This document shows, piece by piece, positions 14,115 through 25,828 of a stretch of DNA of 124,000 bases. The stretch is from contig NW_008806280.1 in the NCBI RefSeq assembly GCF_000400465.1, positions 144,001-268,000 on the forward strand, read 5' to 3'. This stretch comes from Wallemia ichthyophaga EXF-994 (Eukaryota; Fungi; Basidiomycota). Every line of letters starts with the position of its first letter. Positions within the stretch are counted from its first letter, which is position 1. The translations under genes were made by a program, and so were the position numbers. The notes beneath the pieces were generated by a model that searched no databases, was not told where the DNA came from, and was given only the letters and a program-made list of their open reading frames with translations.

Positions 14115-15061
14115 ATGGCAGAAGAAGTGAAGGACGCAAAAGCAGCGACTAAATCATCATTGAAATCGTTTCTCTCTGGTGGATTTGGTGGTTCAATGGC
14201 TGTCCTCGTTGGACACCCGTTCGATCTCACCAAAGTGCGATTGCAGACAGCCGAAACGGGCGTCTACAACGGCGCAATTGACGTAGTGAAGCAGTCCATA
14301 GCCAAAGATGGCGCTAGAGGTTTGTACAAGGGCGTTCTTCCACCGCTCGTTGGCGTTACCCCCATTTTCGCACTTAGCTTCTGGTCTTATGATCTCGGCA
14401 AGAAAATTGTCTTTGGTTGCAGATCAGAACAGGCTAATAGGGAGAAGGGCACCTCTCTTTCTACGTCTGAACTCGCTTTCGCCGGCTTCTTTAGTGCTGT
14501 TCCTACAACGCTGATTACATCACCCGTCGAACGCGTCAAAGTGCTCCAGCAGACTGAGTCGAAGAAGGCTGGGATGGGTAGTGTCATCAGTAGAATGTAT
14601 AAAGAGGGTGGATTGAAGAGCGTCTACAGAGGCACGGGCGCTACTTTGGCTAGAGATGGTCCTGGCTCCATTGCTTACTTTGTCAGTTACGAGCAGATCA
14701 AGAAAATGCTTACCCCAGCCGACTCAACCGGTGAACTCAACCTCGGCGCTGTTCTCACTGCAGGTGGTTTGGCTGGCGTTACTATGTGGTCATTCGCTAT
14801 ACCGCCTGATGTTATCAAGTCACGCATCCAATCTGCTCCTGAAGGTGTGTACAAGGGTTTTGTAGATTGCGCTGTGAAGACTGTCAAGGCTGATGGCATG
14901 GGTGCATTGTTTAAGGGTTTCGGACCTGCAATGGCTAGAGCATTCCCAGCCAACGCAGCCACCTTTGTGAGTTGAATAACAGCATTAACGATAAAGCTTC
15001 TCACATATATTCACAGCTCGGCGTCGAAATATCAGCAAAAGCACTCGAAAAAGTGTTGTAG
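14115..15061 (+). CDS. CRC1: Mitochondrial carnitine/acylcarnitine carrier
   Basis: Three PxDxxKxR repeats; RDGPGS and RAFPANAATF signatures. Confidence 0.88.
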
Positions 15062-15130
15062 AGGAGGATGACGAGTCTTGTAATTTCAACGCGATTCATG
15101 AATGATAAAGTATGGAAATTGAAAAAACGT

Positions 15131-15932
15131 TTAAAGGTCAGCGTCATCCTCATCTGGGAGTGGAGCAGCAGCTGCTTGTTCTAATTCTTGTTTGTATTGA
15201 GCCATCAGAGAAGGATCGACCGCAGCTTCTGGAGGAGCAAGAGCAGGAGCAGCAACGAACTCGAGACTTTGGTTACCAGCGAGCTTCCTAGCCAACCACA
15301 AGAAAGGCTTTTCAAAGTTGTAGTTTGACTTTGCGGAAATTTCAAAGTACTGGAGGTTCTTCTTCCTGTGGAAGGTGACAGCACCGGTCTTGACCTTGCG
15401 CTCCTTGACATCGACCTTGTTACCGCAGAGGACGATCGGAATGTTCTCACAGACTCTCTCCAAGTCTCTGTGCCAGTTTGGAACGTTCTTGTAGGTAATT
15501 CTAGAGGTAACATCGAACATGATGATACCGCATTGGCCTTGGATGTAATAGCCATCACGCAATCCACCAAACTTCTCTTGACCGGCCGTATCCCAGACGT
15601 TGAAGCAAATTCTACCAAAGTTTGTATCAAAGGAGAGTGGGTGGACCTCTACACCAAGCGTGGCAATGTACTTCTTCTCGAATTCTATGACGCATTATTT
15701 AAACGTGGATTCACCGCCATTACGATATCAAACTCACCACCAGTCATGTGACGTCTAACAAAGGTTGTCTACGCGTCACGTTAGTTGATTGTACGCTGGC
15801 TTGGACCATTTCTCACTTTACCAGTACCACCGTCACCGACTGGATACACGTTAGTTGAGTAGCCCACGCCGCGCACGCTCACTCACCGAGAACGAGCTTG
15901 AATGTTGGAGGTGCTGCTGCTTCTGCTGACAT
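15131..15932 (-). CDS. GSP1: Ran GTPase
   Basis: [24 protein letters not shown], acidic DEDDADL end; several short exons. Confidence 0.97.
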
Positions 15933-16210
15933 CTGCAATTCCTGTTAATTTCTTCTTTTTTGTGTTTCTGCGTCTCCTCACCTTTACTAGTCGTGGTGAA
16001 AAGCGAGTTTTGAGCGAGTTTTCTGTCTTGGGAAAATATAAAAAAAATTTATAAGTCGTGTGTTTAGGGGTGCTGTGTGTGAGTACACAATTGTAAATCC
16101 CTTCCTCCCTTTTCTGCGTTTAAATCAAGAGAAAACATGCATTGGTTATTATTATCTATCAATGTAAAGTAGGCGAAAGTGTATTGTCCGTTTCATATGA
16201 GAAGAAATCG

Positions 16211-17029
16211 TTACTTGGCTGATTGCTTGCGCCCTGCGACGTGCCCTACCGACACCGGTCTTCCAGCCACCCACGACGCCCTGCCGCCTTCTGAGGGCGA
16301 TTGGAACGCTGATTTGAAGCTCGACTGTCTCGAGTTGACCGACGACGACCGGACTGACGGCGCTTTTGGCGTCGACCCGTGTATCGATGTCGCTGCGCCT
16401 TCCGCAACTGTGACGCACACAAGCGGGAACGCTCCCTCTCTGAAGGACGATCCTAGGATCTGGCCAGCAGCCCATGCATCGTCGTAGATCCGCGTCACTC
16501 TGATTGTCTGGTCAGGCATTATTGTCAGCTCATCTGGGAGCGCTGCGTTGTAAGGATAGAGAACGAATACGTTTGATCTGCAATTCCGTTAATCTGAGCT
16601 CTCGTTTTCAATGTCGCCGCCTCACCCGGGATAAATGAATGTGTCCTGCGATTGGTTGGTGTCTTTGTAGCTGTCCATCAGGTTCGGCTGGCTTTCTTCT
16701 GCGGCTCCCCCGCTAGAAGTCTGTACAGACTGCTGGATCGAGTTCCTGAAGTTGTCGTCGGCGTTTGAGCCCGGCTTCTCCAAACCGTGGTCGTAGTGGT
16801 GGTCGTGATCGTGATCGTGGTCGTTGCTCAGCGGCTGCGGAGGTGGCTGGCCGTAGTTGTTGCCATTCTCCGCGCTGTTGATCTTCTCAATGTTGTTCGA
16901 CCTCGTCTTCTCCACTGCGTTGCTGCGTTTCTTCAGAAGGTACAGCAGCACAAATATAATGGCTATCAAAACTACTCCAACGACTACTCCTACTACGACG
17001 CCTGCAATGGCTCCTCCTGATAATCCCAT
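16211..17029 (-). CDS. N-terminal TM protein with cytoplasmic SH3 domain
   Basis: GAIAGVVVGVVVGVVL TM; after the intron, VLYPYNAALPDELTIMPDQTIRVTRIYDDAWAAG...GAFPLVCV fits SH3 consensus. Confidence 0.75.
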
Positions 17030-17709
17030 TCTGCGTTTCGAATATGACGGTTACTTGTTATGATCTGTTTGCGACGGCCTGTGCGTGGTAAGTCTTAACG
17101 AACGAATATTTTTAGTGAGTGGGTGGAGGTGGAACAATTATCGGTGACTTGTACCGCTTTATAGCCGCTTTGATAGTCTATGGTATTGTGGATGCTCTAT
17201 TCTTTCCCATAGTCGTCCTCCTGCACGTCGGCAACGCAGGTCAAATTTTTCTGCACAGACGGCTATTGCGAGAATACATTGTTGGTGCTCCTGAATGAAT
17301 GGCTCTATGCGTCGCTCCTCTTCTCTCTCCTCTACGTCCTCTCATTTCCGCTGAAACTCGCTTCGGGGGCTATTCCCGGCGAACCACACACATTATTCAT
17401 CGGCCAGGGCATTATGTTAGGGTGGTCATTCGCCGCCCTAATTGCCCGCCGTAACCCATGCGCTCGCACGGATCATCAAAGTTGTTTCACCATCCAAGCT
17501 GTCACTCGGCATTGTGGAGGTGCGTTCGATCTACAGCGATAAGGATCGCAGGCTTTGTAGTGCTACGTTTCAGCTCGTGCGTAATCTCATGTACCTCTAC
17601 GATCACTTCTCTCTAATCATGGGAATCAATTTTTTGACATCTTCTAATCACACAATGCGTAACTGATTATACATCTGTTTATGATTCTATACAATACATT
17701 AAATTTGCT

Positions 17710-19085
17710 CTATTTCAATGCACGCGGTTTTTCTAAACGACTCTTAAGCTTTCGAGAGTGGTGGAGTGCCTTCCTGGGCAGTGTCTTAATAGCCTTGACT
17801 AAGCCCAGTGGATCGTGAATATTCGACAGCGAGGCCATGAATGCCATAACTATGCTGATCCCGACAAGCACATCAATGCCGAAATCCTCAACGATGAACG
17901 ACACAGCGAGCGGTCCGACGATGACGCCTGTGGTGGACGTCGCCAACGCGAGCGACACAGTAGTCTCGATAAACGGCGGGTTGATATCACGCGACATATT
18001 GCCCCACATATTGGGCATTGTCGGAGCGAGTGTTGCGCCTATGAATGCGTTGAGAACGCTCACTGGCGCTATACCGCGCACTTTATCAATCGATACGAGG
18101 AAAATGCACGTCAGCCAGAGTAACATTAGGTTCGAGCGCTTGTACCCCACTCTGCAATACAAATGCGAGAAGCATAGCATGCTCACCGTCGCACCGGAGC
18201 GGTACACCGCTAGCTCGAATGCACCAATGGAAAGTATTTTGAAGTGCAGATCCTTTACTTCCTTAACATACGTCGACATCCAATGCGCCCACCTTTTTGA
18301 ATCGATTAGCGCCGCGTCTCCAAGCAGAGCTCTACTCACGTTTCGGTGATGAGCTGACTCAGTGTGAGTGAGAGTATCCTCTTCCATAGCTTCTTGTCTG
18401 CCACCACATCCCTCCACTTCTGCTTTAACGGCAGCACGTCTCCTTTACTCCCTGCAAGGATGAAATTTCTAAAGACAAAGAACTGGACAATACCCAGAAA
18501 TCCAAAATACGCAAGGAATATCCAGAAGAAATGCTTCCATGTTGTGAAATGCTGTATCAGACGTAGCAGAAATGGTGCCGTAGTCTGGCCGACGGAACCA
18601 AAACCGTAGATAACGCCGATCATCGCGCTTTCCCTGCACTGCATCAGCACCGATATAGCCATACTCCTGCCCATTGCAATCCCGATGCCGAGAGTAGCCA
18701 TACCAAAGACGAAGACCTGCATCGGTGGGCCGAGTGCGAGCGAGAAGGCGCCGATGCCAATGATGAATGACGAGAAGAGCGTAGTGACTCTGACGCTAAG
18801 ATATTGCGACATGAGGCAGCCAATTAGAGGACCAAGAACGGATCCTGCGCCGTACAAACGAACTGAGATAATCAGATAATTGCTCTTGATCTTATCGTTG
18901 ATATCGAGCGATGATGTTAGCGTGTCGACAAAGGAGTCACTACACCCAAAGCCTACAAACAGCAGCAAGACGACTCCGTATATTAGCCACTTGTCTACCG
19001 CTTTCATCGATTTGGTGAAGAGTTTGCCGAATATCCATACTCGTCTGATAGCGCCATCGCCTTTGGAATGCTTTGAATTCGCCAA
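17710..19085 (-). CDS. Major facilitator superfamily transporter
   Basis: Multiple TM helices over two ORFs joined by a GTGAGT..CTAAT..AG intron near 18293-18340; upstream exon likely. Confidence 0.75.
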
Positions 19086-19448
19086 GTCATCGATTCTAGA
19101 TCCACTCTTGATCTAAGACGTAATTCATTGCTTTTACTCGATCTTTTTTATTACATTTTCGATCAAATAGAATACTTGTCGTCGAAGCGGTATTCGTCCG
19201 GCATTCGAGCGCCGTGGAAGTGAGCGTATTGAGGTCGATGTGCAAGGAGAGAAGATCGGATTGTTCGGAGCGGCTTGGAGCACGCGGAACATTGCCAAAT
19301 ATTATTCTCACAAGCACGTTATACCCTGCGGAGTCCACTATTCATTTGTACCTAAGTATCATTTGACTTAAGGGTGCATTCTCTTGCATGACCACGTGAA
19401 TGTTCTTGGTACTTAAATAGTGGGCTTATTTACCTTTCATCCTCAACA

Positions 19449-22386
19449 ATGAAGCTCAAACTCGCAACAGCCGCGTTTGTCTCAGCCGCGGTGGCACTTA
19501 CTCCACTATCGTCTGAAGACTACACAAGTAAAATTAAAGACTGTCCCGGATATGCGGTCGACAGTGCTCAAACTGAACATACTACAAACGGTCTCAAGGC
19601 GCACCTCCAGCTGGCCGGTGACGCATGCAACGCTTTTGGTGAAGATGTACAGAACCTCACCTTAGAGGCGACATATGAGACTAAAGAGCGTCTACACGTC
19701 AAGATATACGATCAGGTGAGAATGGTTTCTGACACGACGGCGAATACCAATCTAACATCTGAGACAGGAAGAGAAACATTTCCAAGTCCCTGAAGATATC
19801 TTTGAGCGTCCTCAATTTGAGGAAAATGAGGCGCTGAAGAACAGCTCTGATTTGCAGTTCGACTACACAGAAGCACCATTCGCTTTCTGGATCACTAGGA
19901 GATCTAACGGCCAAGTATTGTTCGATACACGCTTATCAGAAATTCCATCCTACAGCGAACCTTTCGACGCAAATGATACATCGGCAAGCGTCTCGGTGAT
20001 GCCTAACCACAATCTTATCTTCGAGCCACAATACATACAACTGTCATCGGCACTCCCTCAACAGGCCAACATTTATGGTCTTGGTGAGGCTGTGACACCA
20101 CACTACCGTCGCAACAGCTCCTACACCCGCCAAACCAACTGGTCAAACGACGAGGGCACACCTAGGAACACCAACATTTATGGAAGTCATCCATTCTACA
20201 TTGAAAATAGAGTGAAAGATGGCAAGTCTTTCAATCACGGTGTATTACTACTCTCTTCGAATGGTCTTGAGACCTGGCTTAGGGATGGAGTATTTCAACA
20301 GAGAATCATTGGCGGTGTTTTAGATTACTACTTCCTTTCAGGTGGTGAAGGTGAAAACAAACCAGCAGACGTTATTCGCAACTACTCTGAAGTTGTAGGC
20401 AAGCCATATCTCCCACCATACTGGACATTAGGATTTCACATGACGCGTTGGGGATACGAGAATGACAGCGACTTTGAATCAATCTTGAACGATATGCGCG
20501 ATGCAGGGATCCCGCAAGAGTCAGCATTCATGGATATTGACTTCATGCTCGCTTACCGTGATTGGACAGTCGATCAAAATCGATTCAGCAGACTGAGAGA
20601 GATTGTCGACAAATTGCACGAGCGTGGTCAGAAATTCGTACCGATCCACGACAACGCTATTCCTATCACGAGAAACGAGTCAGATGCATATGATTTCTAC
20701 ACAAGCGGCCACGAGCAGGATGTCTTTATTAAGAACCAGAATGGCACTGAGTACATTGGACAAGTTTGGCCAGGTGAGTTGCAATTTTTTCGTACAGACA
20801 AAGCTAATGTTGGTTGAGGTTACACTGTTTTCCCTGATCCATATGCCGAAAATGCTACCAAATGGTGGACAGAGTCGTTCCAGAAGTTCCACGATGAAAT
20901 TCCTTTCGACTCTATCTGGCTTGATATGACAGAGCCTGCATCTTTCAACTCTGGGTCTCTCAATGGGATGGGTCCTCTCGCTCAATACCAACCTTCGGAA
21001 GTCACGTCGTGGCCAGAGGGTTATAATAACACTATAAGTGGAAACAGCGGAAATATTACTATCGATGGGGATCTCACATACAAGCAACAATCACAGCAAT
21101 CACCATCGCGTCGCCAGATGCTCAGTAGACGGATGGGAACGCTTGAAACGGTGGATAATGATCTGGAGAAGCTCACGTTCCCACCCTACCAAATCCACCT
21201 TGGAACGCCGGAAGAGTTTTTCACGTTGGGACACGATACGGTATCTGCTAATGCAACGCACGAGAATGGGTTTGACGAGTATGATGTGCACAACCTGAAC
21301 GGTCATATGGTGGCGAAGATGACACGTGATGCACTCGATACTATCTACGGGGGGAACAGATCGATGATTATAGCGAGAAGCAACTTTGTTGGAATGGGTA
21401 CCTTCTCGCAGCACTGGCTTGGAGATAATTACTCAACGTGGATGTCTATGCGCGACTCAATCAAAGGATTGTTCCAGTTCAGTGCTTTCCAGATGCCATT
21501 TGTGGGTGCAGACGCGTGTGGATTCGGCGGCAACACGGACGAAGAGCTGTGCACGAGATGGATGATGCTCGCATCGTTAACGCCGTTCTACAGGAACCAC
21601 AATACACATGGCGCGATACCGCAGGAGCCATATAGATGGGACTCTACAGCGAATGCTACAAAGACTGCAATCAACACGCGCTACCAATTACTACCATATA
21701 TGTACAGCACCTTGTACAAACAGTCAGTCGATGGAACGCCAGTGATGAGACCGCTTTTCTATGAATTCCCAACTCACTCTGAGCTACTCGATTGGGATGA
21801 TCAATTCTTGGTCGGCGATCATCTTCTCGTGTCGCCAGCGCTCTTCCCTAACGTTACACAAGTCGACGCTTACTTCCCGGGAGATGAACCATATTACGAC
21901 TGGTACAGCCACCAGAAAGTGAATGTAACTGATGAGCACTCTTCAGTTACACTCGATGCTGGTTTGACTGATCTCAATGTACACTTGCGCGGAGGCGCTT
22001 TCATGCTGTTGCATAGCGAGCCTGGAATGACCGTCACGGAAACTACAGAGACGCCATTCAACGCATTGGTCACACTGAGCAAGGACAAGAAAGCGGAAGG
22101 ACAGTACTACTTTGACGACGGATTCAGTCAATTCAACGAGACAGTCACATGTGTCATGTTCAATGTGAGTGCAGAGGGAATGCAATCGCGCGTCGAGATG
22201 AACAACTACGATATCGGTCAGCCACTGAACAGGGTGGATATTATAGGCTGGGATGGAGAGCCACCAAAGAGCGTGATGAATGGGGATGCTCAAGTGGAGT
22301 TCAATTACGATGCTGATAGTCAAACACTCTCACTTCACAGCTTGAATCACATGCTGAACGAGTCGATGGACATTACTTTCGATTAA
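19449..22386 (+). CDS. Secreted GH31 alpha-glucosidase
   Basis: Signal peptide, YGSHPFY, WLDMTE nucleophile motif, HWLGDN acid/base, GADACGF, PFYRNH. Confidence 0.93.
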
Positions 22387-22704
22387 TCTTCTCAATGCGA
22401 TTGATTAGATGATTTGATGACTAACGTGTATAAAAGGATATGAATGCAATGCCTTAACCTGTGATTTGATTAATGACGTGTGCTTGATAGTGTCATTGTG
22501 CGATTATGCGCTGATTGCAGGAGATAGTGCGTTAATGAGATTTCGATGAGGCTGCGCACATATAGAAAGAAAGCCACAGTACGTGTACACATGTCATGCA
22601 TGCCATATCGATGTAATATTACAATTGCTAAAATTTTCATGCGTCCGAATAAGAAACAGAGAGAAGAGCGATGAAATGATAAGACCCAAGAAACAAGAGC
22701 TCAT

Positions 22705-22943
22705 TTAAACGAGATAACTCTCCAAGACAGTTGCAGATTTGCCTAATGGGTGTTAGATGGGTGTTGAAGAAATCAAGGAATCAGAAACTCACGACGTTGC
22801 AAGTGCTCCCTTGGAGTACGCTCAACTGGCTGTGGATTGAGTTGCAATTTGCTTTGTGCGGCTGTGTCGGTTGCGGATGGCCTGCGGTGGGCGATAGGTG
22901 ATTGTGGAGAAGCGGTGGAGAGGGATTGAGCTGCCAATGTCAT
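22705..22943 (-). CDS. Putative 62 aa spliced microprotein
   Basis: ATG 22943, GTGAGT..CTAAC..TAG intron 22792-22743, frame preserved, TAA 22705. Confidence 0.55.
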
Positions 22944-23176
22944 TTTAGATGAAGAAGAAGTATCAAGGAAGATATGCGCCCCTTAAATCCACCGGCATGC
23001 GTGGCTCGATTTGAGACTAGAAGCGAGGCTAGGCCAGCTGAGATTATGAGGCGGAGACAGGTGATCTAGCGGTAATTAAAACAACTGTGTAAATATGATT
23101 ATTTTACAGGATAATTTATTTAATTATCATTTTGGCGTGCATCGTGCATCTCCACGCTTAGTTCAATACATCCACT

Positions 23177-24759
23177 ATGTCGAGCAGCAGCGGCAATAGC
23201 TCCATCGTCGCTGTACATTACCGAGTTGGCAAGAAAATAGGAGAAGGCAGCTTTGGTGTGATATTTGAGGGTGAGTCGATTGATTGGTTTAGTTGGTTGA
23301 TTCACTGACGTGGTTTCATAGGCACAAACCTCCTTAACTCACAGACTGTGGCTATTAAATTCGTGCGTTTATTAGGAATTTTGAAGCAACCGCTAATAAC
23401 CAATAGGAACCACGTAAATCAGATGCACCACAACTCCGCGATGAATACAGATCCTACAAAATACTCGCAAATTCACCGGGAATCCCTCAAGTCTACTACT
23501 TTGGTCAAGAAGGCTTGCACAATATCCTTGTCATCGACTTACTTGGCCCTTCGCTTGAAGATTTATTCGATATGTGTAGCAGGAAATTTAGCATAAAAAC
23601 GGTCGTAATGACAGCCAAGCAAATGATTTCTAGAGTTCAATCCATTCATGAGCGTAACCTCATCTATCGTGATATTAAACCTGATAATTTTCTCATTGGT
23701 CGTCCGAATACCAAGAATGGCTCCACTGTTCATGTTATTGACTTTGGTATGGCCAAGCAATACAGAGATCCAAAGACTAAGCAGCACATTCCTTATAGAG
23801 AGAGAAAATCCCTTTCTGGCACTGCTAGGTACATGTCCATCAATACTCACTTGGGTAGAGAACAATCTAGACGCGACGACTTGGAATCATTGGGTCATGT
23901 CTTCATGTATTTCCTTCGTGGTGGACTTCCTTGGCAAGGCTTGAAAGCTGCTACCAATAAGCAGAAGTATGAGAAGATTGGTGAAAAGAAGCAACTCACT
24001 CCCATCAAAGAGCTCTGTGAGGGCTACCCGGAGGAGTTTGGCATCTACCTTAACTATGTTAGGAAACTTGGATTCGAAGAAACCCCCGATTATGATTTCT
24101 TGAGAGATTTGTTCACTAAAGTGTTGAAGAACTCTGGTCAAGTTGAAGACGGTGTCTACGATTGGATGTTGATTAATAACGGAAAGGGTTGGGAAGCTGC
24201 TCAATCATCTGCACACCGTGATCATCATCACAGACATCGTGAGAGAGAAAGAGAGAGAGCAGACTATAGAAGATCTCAAGCCGCTGCTGCTGCTGCTGCT
24301 GCTGCAGGTGGAAATGGACAAAGTGGTAACACAGCAGGTGGCGTTTTACCACCATCTCCCGCTTTAGTCAGACATGGATCGAAACGTGGTCGCAATACAG
24401 GGAATTTGAACACGTCGTCACAGATGCTCACACCGGCATCACCCGCTAATGGTCAGCAACCACCGAATTCACGCAGACAGTCACAGCAAAACCAAATGAA
24501 TAATCAACATCCATACGCCTCCACTACAGGTGCTGTTATGTCTCCTTCAGATGCTGGTGACGGAAATGCAGGATCTCCTTCGCCTGGAAGAGAAGGTAAT
24601 CGCGGGAAAGGATATTTTAACAATCAACAAGAAAATCAAGGTATATCAAATCAAAATGTTGATCAAGCTGGTGGAATCAATCAAACTAACTCACAGGACA
24701 AGTCTAAGAAAGGTTCAAGTAATAAATTAATGGACATACTAACTTGCCGTTGTATATGA
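23177..24759 (+). CDS. Casein kinase I (Yck/Cki type)
   Basis: [34 protein letters not shown]-terminal Cys (TCRCI). Confidence 0.95.
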
Positions 24760-24992
24760 GGTGATAGAAAAGAAGAGAACAAGATACCAAAGTCGATATA
24801 GTAAAATTCAAAGATTGAAAAATTTCACTTAGGCTCCCTTTCCACTAATCATCACTTTCATACCCCGTGAAGCTTAAATAGCAAAGCTGAGATGGCACAG
24901 CTGAATTGGCACATGAATCAATAAGAAGAATAACTGAATAAAACACTCATTTCGCTTAATATTTACACTCTTTTAATACATTGTTTAGTTTA

Positions 24993-25766
24993 CTATGAAG
25001 ATGGTTTTTCAAATTGCTCCCATTTTGATGCGGGGAATATGTGTTTGTTGTTGTGATACCAGGTGCGTTGTACAACCTTAGCGGGTGAGTCAGCGTCTGT
25101 AAAATTAAACAGCTCGCCTTGTTTTGAACGTGTTTGATTTACTTGAAAGTCGTAGAAAGAGTAATGCGGGGGTAAAATGAGGTCGTTCTTTATAAGCATA
25201 AGGTTATCCACATGATTTGACCTTAGTTGAGTGAAATTCTGTCTAGATTTGTCTAAAAATCGAGTGAAAGTGTCGCCTTTGTTGCAAGTAAGGGATGAAG
25301 GATGACTAGTACCATCAAAGAAAGCGAAATGAATTGTCAACTCCTCAGATTTAATCTGTTCCTGCTTTTCAAGGAACTCAATACGAAGAATTTCACGCTG
25401 AGAAGTCTCACTGATGTCTCTATCCCTATCAGGTAAGAAGGAAGTGTCTACCTGAGGATTTTTAGACAATTTCTTGATATTTAGATTGCCATGGCGTATA
25501 TCATCGCCATGATGAATATCATCACCATCCTCAACATCACCATCGGCGAAGGACAACTTGGATGAGGATTTTTTAGTTTTAGATTTCTTTTTGGGGCGTG
25601 CAGCATGTGAGGAAGTACCAGCAGCGTCTCTCGCAGCCTGCTCTTCAATTTGCTTACGTTTGAGTTTGAAGTCATCGAGGTGAACCAAACCTATGGTATT
25701 CTTCTTTAAGGATTCCTCAACGGATTCCTTATTTTCCGCCCTTTTTGTTGAAAATTCCTTTGACAT
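24993..25766 (-). CDS. XAP5: FAM50/XAP5 family protein
   Basis: TIGLVHLDDF, KNPQVDTSFLPDRDR, HIFPASKWE. Confidence 0.88.
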   Translation of the reverse strand: MSKEFSTKRAENKESVEESLKKNTIGLVHLDDFKLKRKQIEEQAARDAAGTSSHAARPKKKSKTKKSSSKLSFADGDVEDGDDIHHGDDIRHGNLNIKKLSKNPQVDTSFLPDRDRDISETSQREILRIEFLEKQEQIKSEELTIHFAFFDGTSHPSSLTCNKGDTFTRFLDKSRQNFTQLRSNHVDNLMLIKNDLILPPHYSFYDFQVNQTRSKQGELFNFTDADSPAKVVQRTWYHNNKHIFPASKWEQFEKPSS

Positions 25767-25828
25767 TTACGTGTGTTCTCTCTTCGCAGTGAATGCTCAA
25801 GCGCACAGCGAGGAATTTGTGGCATAAA

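Noticed and set aside
18290-18420. Apparent frameshift in the MFS gene
   Set aside because: A canonical intron with branch point restores the frame; the same holds for most split ORFs in the track
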